From the NCBI GenBank assembly GCA_030141605.1, contig JAQGDQ010000343.1, forward strand, positions 62,001 through 126,000: a stretch of 64,000 nucleotides of DNA, given 5' to 3'. Positions 1-32,916 of this stretch are shown one piece after another (positions within the stretch are counted from its first letter, which is position 1; each line of letters begins with the position of its first letter). A program made the translations under genes and the position numbers. This DNA comes from Tubiluchus corallicola (lineage: Eukaryota; Animalia; Priapulida). The notes beneath the pieces were generated by a model. The model made no database searches. It was not told the origin of the DNA and saw nothing but the letters and a program-made list of their open reading frames with translations.

Positions 1-221
1 AATCCGGCAGTAGATGAGGATCTTACTCTAGTATACTCATACGAAACTTTGCCACGATTCGCTGTAAATTCACGGAGCCTTAGGGCTTGTTCAAAACGTC
101 CTTCTCCAACAACAACTATAGCAACATCCAAAGGAGTAGCGATTTGGTTCGATTTGTCACGTGGCACTCTCACAAAAACAACAAAAAAGCGAGTGACATA
201 TGCAAGTACTAAGCATAAAGT

Positions 222-592
222 TTAGAGGCTAGAGGGCGGAGGAGGTCAAGTGACCCAACGGCCATGTGTAGAGGAGCAAACCTTCCAAATTAGGAGTGGC
301 GGACCAGGGCAGCATGCTCACTGACTCCGGCAGCTCCTGCAGCCAACCTGGTGCCAAATGTATCGCTCCGCTTTCCTCTGGACGACACCAGGAAGGAAGA
401 GAGGGGGTTCCTGTTGTCTGGGCAACTCAGGATCTCCATACACCTTGCCCAGGCGTGTGCCCTGGAGACGTTCAAGGATCGCACTGCTCAGCCACAGTCG
501 ACGCTGCAGCTCCATCAATGTGATCAATATCTGACTCTCTTGGCGCACACTCCATTGTCTTCCGAGACAGAAGGATGCCAACAACAACAAAA
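222..592 (+). mobile_element. Short non-autonomous retroelement, probably RTE-derived, with (CAA)n tail
   Basis: GC-rich; second inverted copy at 37130-37437; 3' end gagacagaaggatgcc(aac)n; flanked by the direct repeat cataaagt. Confidence 0.6.
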
Positions 593-1177
593 CATAAAGT
601 CAGTTACTTCGTACAGTACTCAATTCTGGCCAGTTGCCCGTGAGCAGTGTTGCAACTTGAGGGAACTTGTACCTTCCCATTCCTGGATATCAGTCTCAGT
701 CAATCTGAGCTTGTGTCTATGACTGTTTCCTAAAGGTTGAGGCGAATTGCATTGTCGACGTAAGCTTGGCTAAATTTGATTTAAAACTAGTAGAACCGCT
801 TTTCTGAATCCCAGCAAAATCTTGAACAATATTCAACACGCCTACAATTTTGAATTGCATGGCTTTCTCATAGGACTGGAAAATAGTTTAAAACTGTGAA
901 CAGAAAATTGTTGAACAAATTTTCTGCATTATAAATATTTTGTCAACGTACTCTTATCAATTCTGTGTAAAGTTCTTTCACTGATTTTGCAAAGTAAGTT
1001 CTCAGTATAATTTTGTTACAGTAAGACTGAGGAACTTGTTTCAATCAGAATTATCAAAAACAAACACAAATAGAAGTTGTGACAATGCCATGATAGTAAT
1101 AACAATGCACATATTCTACTGGGAATAACAATGCATAGTAATAACAATGCACAAATTATACTGGGCAACTCACGTAC

Positions 1178-22337
<21,160 letters not shown>

Positions 22338-22981
22338 CAAATGTTCGTACCGCCAAACTCCTGAATCAATATCGATCTTTTTTGCTAATGGTTTCAATTG
22401 ATTGACACCCAAGTACTGCAAAGTCTTTGTTGTTCTCTTGCTCACCCTTTCAAAAAACTTTTCTGGAATTCAAACATCACTTTTTAATATATTGTGTGGA
22501 GCAAGAACAAAAATGAATCACGGGCGGCATACATTCCTAATTTATTACAGAAAAAAGGATATTAGTATAAATACATACCAACGTGTGATTGATTTCAGAA
22601 GAATTATCCACTTTAACTTTTTCTATAATTTACTGTAAAGTTTCTGAGCTTCCTAATAAGCATTTAACTTTTTATATAGCCTAGATACAATTACCAAGCA
22701 TCACAGCTTTCTTTGCAGTTAGTTGTATGATTGAATATCTAGTCATCTGCGTCATATATACGTAGATCAAACATAATAGACTTGACAACATACCTAGGTA
22801 AATTTGAATGAGTAACTGTTTAATTCATAAGTTTTTGTGCTAACACCTAGCGCCAGTACGTTCTTCTCAATTGTGAATCTAGATGAAATCGATGTAACAT
22901 TTGTCTCTTGTCAAAAGATGTCTGAATCAAAACTTGGATCCCTGCTCATACATTGAAATATAAATGAAGAAGTTGCATATA

Positions 22982-23613
22982 CAAGGTATTCATAAAAGTC
23001 TCGACACCCTATCGATTTTTACAATTTTCTTGCTCTGAAACTTTTGTTCATCTATGTCAATGTTGAATCCAAACGTCTATGCTGAGTTTAGAAATGAAGG
23101 TATTCCATTAGCCGTAATATTTTTCGTACACGAAAAGTCATTAATTGAGTTACACCAATTCATAAGGATATATTGAACCAATTTAAAATTACACTCCTGT
23201 TTAACATTATCAAATATATCTTCCGCTTCCACAATTTAAATTCTATTCATATTTTATCTTTAGTGCAACTTAAGATAATATGTTTATCAATATCATTAAT
23301 AGTATTGGTAGTACACTAATATCTTCCACTCTCATGACTTGAATTCTGTAAATGTTTTATTTTCTATGTAACTAAAAATTTACACATGTTCTGCATTAAT
23401 GGATCTATGCTCTGCTTCTATAGTTTAAATACTCTATTTGCTTTATTTTTAATGCAACATAAGATTATGCTTACCATGTGTAGTCAGGAATGGATCTACG
23501 TCTTGCTTCCACAATATAAATCTGTATATATTTTCTTTTTAATATAGTTTAAGATTATACACTCGTGTAACATTTATAGATCTATAACCTCCTTTCTGTC
23601 TTGAATCACCCTG
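22982..23613. mobile_element. Degenerate Tc1/mariner-like MITE
   Basis: TA|CAAGGTATTCA...TGAATCACCCTG|TA. Confidence 0.45.
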
Positions 23614-23865
23614 TATGTATTTTATTTTTATGAATTCAGTATTATGAAAATCTATTTAATTACTTCAATCTGTTAGTTTTTTCATTTGTTGGCAAGCATT
23701 CGACAGTATCCCAGCGACCTTACTGTTGTTAATACGGATCCAAATAATGAGGTATATAGCAGCAGAACGTGATTTCATTAAAAACATTACAATTCGATCT
23801 TTACTCTTTGCTCTATCATAGTGACCATTCACTTCTAAATCATGCTTTATTTGTTCTATCCTTAG

Positions 23866-25213
23866 TAGGGGTGAGCATCGAACGTTCGAATCGAATTCGT
23901 ACCTAAAGTTATAGATTCGAATAATTCAATCACATACGTTCTTTATCATTAAATCGATTAAAACGTCATGCAATTACCGTATTTTCCCATGTATAAGAGA
24001 CCCTTGTGTATAAGAGACCCCTTCAATTTTTAGGCAAAAATTCTGGAAAAAAGTTTTTTGGGAATGAATAACTTTATTCATTATAGAAATCATTAAATTC
24101 CTCGTCACTCTCATCAAAAATATCAACTGGAGTCAGACCTTCAGCAATTCCAGCCAGTTCATCATCAGAGGAGTCACTCTGCTCAAAAATGGCATTGTCC
24201 TCTGTGCCGTCCATGGCATTGGAGATGCCACACTTCTTGAAAGATTTAATAATGACCTCTGGCTTTACACCATTCCATGCCTTGAGGACCCAGCTGCAGA
24301 CGTCTCCAAGGGTTGGCTTACTCTTGTATAAGAGACCCTTTTTTGCTCAGAAAATTCTGAGCAAAAAAGGGGGTCTCTTATACATGGGAAAATACGGTAG
24401 CTACCATGCGGCGAACTTCATGACCTTAATATAGTATTTCTAGGGAGTCAAAAATTATTTTTTAGTTGTTTTCAATTATACAAGAAGTTGTACATGTGTA
24501 TTTGTATTATTGTACTTTGATGGTGAAATAAACTGAATTTGAATTTGAATCTATTGATCATCGCAAACAACTGGTTCTTGTAAATCTTTTGATTGGTTCA
24601 GAATTGGTTTTTAAACTAGCTCTTATTTCGTATATTTATCGTTACAGGTTGGTCCACAGACGTCTATGAGCAAACTTCACTGTCACTGTTATCACATGAG
24701 CAGTTTTGCAGGTGCTGTCAGACTTCTCATAGCCGCACCGAACAAAATTAACCCCATAATCTTACTTTTTCATTCTTTATTTTACATTTCATTGTAGCTT
24801 AACAAGGTCCCCTTCTTAGCTACCATGCGGCAAACTTCAACACCTTAAAGTAGTATTTCTAGGGAGTCTGAAATTATTTTATTTTTTTGCTGTTTTCAAT
24901 TATATAAGAAGTTGTACATGTATATTTGTATTATTGTAGTTTGCTGGCGAAATAAACTGAATTTGAAATAATTAAGCTGTGATTTCTGTACACAATTTTT
25001 AAACAAATTATCAGTGGTTTTACTGCAGAGCAAAATCGAGCAATACGCATTATCTTTGTAAGAGCACTTTTTATTTGTGGTTCGAAGACTTGTTCGAAAA
25101 TTTTTCAAACTCGATTCGATTTCGAAATACCGAAATTCGGTTCGATTCGAATCCGAAATACTGAAATTCGGTTCGATTCGAATTCGCTTTATGGTAGAGA
25201 ATGGTCAGCCCTA
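23866..25213. mobile_element. Non-autonomous hAT element hosting a nested pogo element
   Basis: TIRs TAGGGGTGAGCA / TGGTCAGCCCTA; subterminal TTCGA repeats; perfect 8-bp TSD ATCCTTAG. Confidence 0.85.
23977..24397 (-). mobile_element. pogo/Tigger-like deletion derivative retaining the transposase C-terminus
   Basis: TA TSD; TIR CCGTATTTTCCCATGTATAAGAGACCC; minus strand reads CSWVLKAWNGVKPEVIIKSFKKCGISNAMDGTED plus an acidic tail. Confidence 0.88.
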
Positions 25214-25440
25214 ATCCTTAGCTGATTCAATGTATGTTTTTTATTCTTAACCTTTTCTTTTTTACTATCAAATTACTCTAATAAGCTTTGCTTTCAGTAT
25301 GATTTGCGTCACCTTGGCATGTTGTGAATAAGATTTTAAATTATCATTAAACGTTATAGACCGACAGACCAAATTCTTCAGCCTCTGGCAATAATCTTGC
25401 TCAAAATATGTATTTCTTATGACGATTTATTAATTATGTA

Positions 25441-25621
25441 CTAGCAAAGGCCCGCAAAAAAATTTTGCGTATGAATACACTTATAATCAAAAAAACGCGA
25501 ACATCCCACATCCTCCCGATGGGCGCGATTCGAAAAATAAAACTGCAATGGCAAATCTGTGGGTGCAAATGGTGCCGTCGTTGGAGCTGTAGCCTCGACG
25601 GTTTTACATTAATATATACGA
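25441..25621 (-). mobile_element. Non-autonomous mini-Helitron
   Basis: Minus strand begins TC and ends CTAG; hairpin cgcaaaa-ttt-ttttgcg just before the end; inserted between A and T with no TSD. Confidence 0.7.
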
Positions 25622-25899
25622 TTGTGACGAAGTAAAATAAACTTCAATTTTGAACTGTCCTGACTACATTTATCACTTACCATACATTCAGTAAGTGAGA
25701 ACAGAGGATAGAACGTATTTAAAGTCTCTTACTTATTTACAGTATAATAAATATAATAACAACAAAACCGAATAGATGCTTCAACAAAATTTCAGCTGTA
25801 TGCATCGATGTTTTTCAAAGTAATTTTTCAATGCTAATTTTGCTAACATTACGAAGATAAGATGTCAGTAATTAAAGCTTTTGAACAGGCGGGAATGCC

Positions 25900-26289
25900 A
25901 GTAAATGATTCAGTCGGTTTGAATTGCTTAAGTAGGACCTGTTAAACTATGTTAAAAGCATTAGATTGTGATGGATAATTATGTTGATGAATGCTGGCAT
26001 GAAGCCAGTTAAGGAGTGGCGTCACGTGAGTAAGTGATTCAGAATCGAGGCGTCGAAGCTCGACGCACAATATATAAATTTGTGATGCGCCCAGCTCAAG
26101 AGATGGGATTGAACCAGGGAGCTGGATGGGAGCAAGTTAGATCAGGGGCTTGGCATTACTGTCTATTATATTTATTGTGTTTGATGTTCAATAAACGTGT
26201 AGTTTTATAATCAGACTCTTCATAGTTTTGCCATCCCTAAAACATCAATAATCAGCTGTACACAACCAATACAACGAACTATTTTTACT
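25900..26289 (+). mobile_element. Diverged relative of the AGT...ACT LTR-like family
   Basis: Shares tcacgtga, tggcattact, aataaa.gtgtagttt, tttgccat, caataatcagc and the ttttact end. Confidence 0.5.
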
Positions 26290-26827
26290 CTTATGTTTAT
26301 GTTCCATCATAATCTGGCATTGTTTAAGAAATAAATTTTTTCACAGTTTCGTTGCACGCATGCGCATTTTCTGTAGGTCAAAGGTTAAGTGGGCCACAGC
26401 AACGCGTCTTAACTACATCTGTCACGTGGCTTGTAGGTAAAACATCTGCCGCATCTGTTCAGTAACTTCAGTTGTTTTACGTGGACTTTACTTAACTACG
26501 CATTGGTCTGTGCGTAGTGGAATATTTGCAGGATATGCTATCTTGACGGATAAAAATTAATCTAAATTGCTTTTATACCAATTTGTTTAATGAATTTATT
26601 GTATGATCCGTATTTATGCCTTCAATCTTTCATATTCTTTGAATACATAATTATGTATGTAGGTATATGTATGAATTTCGTTATATTTGTGAAAGCATTA
26701 ATAGCGAATATGCATTACGACTATCCTGAATTAGATTTTAATTAACTATCAAACTTAATTACTGACTGTTGTTGCAAATGTCATTAGATGCTTTGTGTTG
26801 AACATAACAGACAGTAACATATAGCAA

Positions 26828-26935
26828 GACGGTGTAGCCTAGTGTTAACACGCCTGGTTTCGTGAGTTCGATACTGCTGCTGGGTAATACCAAAGATTTT
26901 AAGTACAGCACCTGCTGCTGCCCTCCTGGCGCGAA
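26828..26935 (+). mobile_element. tRNA-derived SINE fragment
   Basis: A-box-like tagcctagtg and B-box-like gagttcgatac, followed by a non-tRNA body. Confidence 0.4.
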
Positions 26936-27039
26936 ATATTTCGGGTAGAAGTTACGTAATAATAAAATGATATGTTGACGTATAATCATGGCAAGTTTGT
27001 ACTGTCTTTGTTGAAGTTGAAGCCAATTTTAAGTAAAGA

Positions 27040-27400
27040 TTGTTGATGTTGTTGTTGCTGCTGCTGCTGCTGCTGCTGTGGTCATAGTGGCATTGTTGCT
27101 GTCGCTTCTGCTGCTGAGGCAGTGGCGTTGTTGTTGCTGCTGTTACTGCTATCGCTGTTGCTGTTGTTGTTACTGTCCCTGTTGCTGCTGTGGCGGTGTT
27201 GTTGCTGCTGTTGCTGCTGCTGCTGTGGCCATAGTGGCGTTGTTGCTGTTGTTTCTGCTGCTGAGGCTGTGGCGGCGTTGTTGCTGCTGTTACTGTTGTC
27301 GCTGTTGCTGTTGTTGTTACTGTCGCTGCTGCTGCTGTGGCGGTGTGGTTGCTGCTACTGTCGCTGTCGCTGTCGCTGTCGTCGTTGTTGTTGTTGTTGT
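27040..27400. repeat. GCT/GTT low-complexity repeat with internal duplication
   Basis: Seen directly. Confidence 0.9.
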
Positions 27401-27719
27401 AGAATAAACGTGCACGTAGGAGTAGCTTGATCGAATAGGGTAGAAAGAATATGCTTTTACGGGATCACGAAGCAAATCTCTCAAAACTAAAATGGTATTT
27501 TTGATATAGAATAATATCATTGTGTCATTTTTAAAAATCATAATTTACCTAAAAAACAGCGAGATGGAGTTTTTAAGACCAGATGTATGTTCAGATCATA
27601 TCAGTTTTTATTCTTGTTGGCAAACTATAAATATTACACTGATTGAAACTTCACGTGTTTTAACTGAATATATGTACTTTTATGGAGAAAACCGAAAAAA
27701 ACTTAGTCAATTACTCAAC

Positions 27720-27806
27720 CACCCAGTCAAATAAATCAGTTAAGCAGGCAATGAATAATTCTTTCGATTAGTCAATCAATCAATCAATGTGTTAATCAAT
27801 CAATCA

Positions 27807-27840
<34 letters not shown>

Positions 27841-28172
27841 GTGTTAATCAATCAATCAAACAATTAGTAAATCAATTAATCTGTCGATCAATCAATCAGT
27901 CAATTAATCTGTCGATCAATCAATCAGTCAATTAATCTGTCATTCAATCAATCAAGGAAGCTAGCAAGCAATTAATCAACAAGTCAGTTAATCCAGTCAA
28001 ATAAATCAATTAAGCAGGCAATGAATAATTCTTTCGATTAGTCAATCAATCAATCAGTCAAACAATCATTCAAACAGTCAATCAATCAATCAACCAACCA
28101 ATTGGACAATCAATCAGTCAATCATTCAGTCAATCAATTAGTCAATCAATCAATCTGTCAATCAATCAATTG
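27720..28172. repeat. (TCAA)n microsatellite-like region
   Basis: Seen directly. Confidence 0.9.
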
Positions 28173-31100
28173 ACCATATAGTAGCTCCTGCGCAAACAGA
28201 TATTTTATTCAGCAAAAGTGCTTCACGCTTATGTTATAACATTCTAAAAGATTATAAATATTTACATCCAAATTTATATAGCTTGCACAAGTTATATGTG
28301 AGTAGAACTTCTAGCACTATTGCTGCGACTTTTGTCTGACTCACTGCACGTAAGAGTGCGTTTTAAATTGACCAATAACATCTCACTACGTCATATGGAG
28401 TCAGCTGTAAACTGAGATGTAGTTTCACTAAAAATAAACTTCAATACTAAAAATTTGGCAAAAATCAACTGCTACTCCTGAAGCGTTTGAGTGGAAGATC
28501 ATAGTTTTCTTTGTGTGCTTCTAGTATTTTCCAACCTGAAATGTTAAAATATGAGGTATAAATTAATGGCGTGATTATAAAACCACTATTGTAAAATCAT
28601 ACAGCCTAGCTGATTAGAGTTTAAATTAGTCAAACTTATTAATAAATAGTGTAGCGCAGGCCTACTCTACGCAACCTCTATCTTGTGTTCTAAAGTAAAA
28701 AAATAACATTTGGATCAAGAAAAGAATTATGGCATTGGATACCAACTAATGTTAATGTTACATGTCAGCGCTAAAAATACCATTGGTTTAAACCCATATC
28801 TTCCGAAGTACTTTTCTACAAATATTTCGACTCTTATTTGCCAGATTCACAAACCCTTTGCTTTCAATCAATCAGGTTTCGGTTTCAGGTGATTCTACAT
28901 GTACACTGGTTTCGGAAGGTTATAAAGAGACAACACCTGCTGTACTTTGGAGCTACAGTGGTAATCAGATTGAGCAAAAAGTGGTTCGTCTTCGTATATT
29001 GTGTGCTTTCCTTTGACCAAGCCTAGAGTGTTCCGGCTACCAGCTATATGAGGAGCTAGGTACTAGTTTCTTTTGGTGTAATTCTCTTTTATGCTTTTCT
29101 ACAATTTTGTACAGAATCCTGTCTCGATTAGTTCAGGCATTGCAAACAACCTAAAATTCTTTCAACCCGGAAGTTGACAAACAAACAATTATAACTAACG
29201 ATGTTATTCTATTTTGCAAGACTGCATTGCTTGCGAATTCTGTCCAATGACTTTGCTCAGAAAATTCGTTTTGAATATTCTTCTTCAAATTTCTGCAAGG
29301 CAACAAAACAATTAGTCTAAATACTGAACTTAAAAGATCTTGTTTCAGTGCCCAGTTTCGCAAGTTAGTCAACTTAGCGAGTGTCGTTATTATCAGCTTA
29401 GTGCCTGTAATAGCAATGTCGCTAAATTTCGCGGACGTTTGTGAAATCTCAGGCATTAGATTCAGATTATGTGTAAAACTTCAGCAGGCCAAAGCCGCCA
29501 AACAGTGCAGACTAGAGCCATGTACAGGAAAACTTGTCAAATTAGATGACAGAACAACCAAAACGTGTTATATGATAATTCAGATGTAAGAACGTGGTCA
29601 CAAACAGTGTTTGCTTGAGTAAAATTAGGCCTATTGATCGAAACTAGTGTGGCAGGATTGGATTAAATAAGCCGTGGGCCTCATTTCGAGGCGAGGTAGT
29701 AAAAGAAACGTTCAAGTATGTCAAGTCGTTCTCTGTTTAAAATTTTGTTAGCCAAATTCTTATTAGCAATTAAATATGAAAAGATGGAAGTCTAATTTCA
29801 TCATCATTCGTCACATCATTACAATTTTATTAACTTCGTCTGGTAATTAATTTTTGGCATACTTGATTAGCGCAAATTATTTTGTTTATTTCAGGTAAAA
29901 CGAAGTCAGGTCGTAAATGATATGATGTCATTCAGTCATGCAAGTCATGGTGTAATAGTGATAATGGTTTATGACTTATGATTACAAAGCCATTTTGGGC
30001 AACTATCTAATAGACAATTTGACCCATATAAGTAGCACCTGTCGGGCACGTATAAGCTGTTATACCCTTTTGAGGATCACTATGATATTTTCTTGTACAG
30101 GCGTCTAGAAGTAAATTACTGTAACGTTTGTATTCAAAATATTTGAAGTATTTATGTGTAGTGTGTACGTGTAAATGGTTGTGGTCGTAGAAAAAGAACG
30201 GGATAAATATTGGAACTAGAAATCTTCAGTTCGAAGAATCCTGCTCTTGAATTTTCATATGTTGCTCAGATTCAGCGTAGAAAGATATTTAATTAGAAAA
30301 CATTTCCCAAACAATTCCCGGGAATTTTGACAATAAAGAAAGCTTCAAATAAATTGTAGTCAGAGATATTTTCGGTAATTTTTTTTTTGCTTTATTCTAC
30401 GCAGTTGCAGTATGTGCTATTGCTGTTGCTCAACAATGAGGCGTCTGAAATCTTAGCCTAACAATTCACAATGATAATGGAGTTTGGAGATTCTGATGTA
30501 ATTCGTGTATTTAACTATTTACCCGCCAGAACCACCAAAACTGTAAAAGTTCTTACTTTATTCTGATTACTTACAAGCAAAGTCGCTTTAAGAAGACCCG
30601 CCGAGAAACATTAAAAAGAAGCTTATTAAAATCTTGTAGTAACCCTAAAGTTAAATTACACTACATTAAGTTAAACATTGAAGTTTGACCTTATTTAAAT
30701 CCATTAAATCTTATAAAGCATAATCTATTGGATATCATAATCATTTCTATTTTATTTTATTTTGTTTTGTTTTTTATTTGTGCTTTGTTTAGAGACGTGA
30801 AAATAGATAACCGACTACTACTTGCTTTAAACTCTTTAATCATTTTCAGGTGCTTAAAATTAATCAAACAATTCCATCCATGTAATTTCTGTAATACAGC
30901 AGGTGCCGCTTAAACACGTTGGGACCGACGTGTTGTGACCCAATTAACCGACTGAACCTATTAACCGATGGGTGCAGTATGACAAGTATAGAAGTATGAG
31001 TCATCAGCTTTCTATGCACTGCAAAGGTTTTTAATGAATTTTTGAAATGAAGTAATGCCTAAATTCCATTGTGCAGTTAGAAATTAAAAAAAATCTGTTG

Positions 31101-32916
31101 TTGTGCGTGACTAAAACAGTTCAGAATTGTCTGTTGACTTACATTGTGCTTATTTGCTGTACAATGTTTACTCTTGTAAGTCACAAGGAATACCAGCTGA
31201 TTACTGTACTGCATCTTTGATTGTTAACTCATTAAACCTGTAAACGTGATTTGCAACGAGAGCATCTGTTGCAGGTACAAATGTTTTGGTCCATTACCTC
31301 TTCCCAAGGTAGTATATGCTTTGGAAGCCACAATATATTAGACTGTAGTTCAACAAGCTAGACTACTTTTTCTACTCTGACATTGTATAGGTTTGTTATG
31401 TACAAACGTCTCTGTTACATTTAAAATTTGACTTATAATTATACTGCTACCTTTTACTGACATTCTGGCTTTTTCTCCACTCAATATTGGACCAACAATG
31501 TAAGTATGCATTTTAGCTTTTTAGTGTAACATAGATATGGGAACGCAATTTTGGTTTGAGCGTCTACATTACATCATCAAAAGGAAACCACTAGGCAAGT
31601 GATTAAATGTCTATCTTCCCAAAATTCTTTGGGTAACAATGGGCGAGCGGGTAACAGATTCAAAGCAAAACCACTACGTTAGTGTATTAGCGCATGATAA
31701 ACGTACCTGCTTACAAACAAAACGGCACTTAACATGATTGTTACTGCATACATAATCCACAAAAGGGAAGTAAAGATGACATAAAAGTAGGAAAGGCTCT
31801 TTGGGTACATACAAAAGTCTTATTTTAAGTACGTGAAGGAAAAATATTGAGTCAATTATGCAGAATTATTTAAGTCAGTTACCTATAGTTTTTGTGTATA
31901 TTTGAATAAAAGCAGCCCGTACCAGGCGTTTTTGAGTCAGTTAAGCAATTGAGTGTATTAACCGTGAGTCTATTAGGCGGCGACTACTGCACTGTATTTT
32001 ACAAAATATTTCTTCCATTTTCAAGTATTTTCTGATGCGCTGGAATATTGTCCCTTCAAGAATTTGTATTTTTGTTTACTAACCTGGGTCGCTTTACGTC
32101 GTTCGGTGCCAGTGTATTCCGGAACTGGTCTGCCAAAGTGAAATATCCTGTCTTTGTAAACTGAAATTTGAAAGAATGGTGCAACAGATCATGCAATCCG
32201 CCTCTTTGTCATTAATGAATGCAATTTCAAGTCGTGATCGACTCATATTTTTTGGCATCTTTCAAGAGTTCTTCAATTCATTGCCATGTTTGTACTTGCA
32301 AACTATTTTTATAGATACGTACATCATTAACTACTCTATTACTATGTCACCTACATACGTCACGTGAAATTTAATAAGAAGCCCCTGTTTGCAACACTGT
32401 GGTTTGCAATTGTGTAAGGTGAGAAAAATGAAGAAGAAATGCAAGAAATGCAATGCCTTTTAGTCAGTGTGTAACACACACATTTTGCTCTCAATTAACT
32501 GAATTACTGTCCAATAACTGATCATATTGATTTAAACATGGTTGTAATCTGGATTAATTTGATTAATCTATAAATCACCCATCACTATTGACAACTACAG
32601 TCAACCTCGCTTATAAGGGACACTCACTATTAATATTTCGATATCACGGTTAATATTTTACGGCAATTTTTTAGTGTTTTAGTCACATATTTTGCTAATA
32701 GCTGGTATATTGCGGATATTTGATTTGAGTTTCATCTCCTGATTTGCAATTTTGATCAAACTTTTTTTTATTTTTTAGATTCAGTAGGTTGAAACAACGG
32801 TGTAGTGCCATGCGCAACTCTGGCTTTGAGTTCTGCATGTGAAAAAGAGAAAATTGAACTACCGAAAGCATTCGCTGCTGCCATCTGTCTGCCCGCCGTC
32901 GTAAAATAAAACCATA

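Noticed and set aside
1-70. Possible next pentraxin exon after tttacag on the minus strand
   Set aside because: The required phase-2 frame hits TGA after a few codons and shows no pentraxin motif.
290-722. Overlapping ORFs repeated at 37110-37380 as a small gene
   Set aside because: They fall in a dispersed GC-rich repeat with indels between copies and show no recognisable domain.
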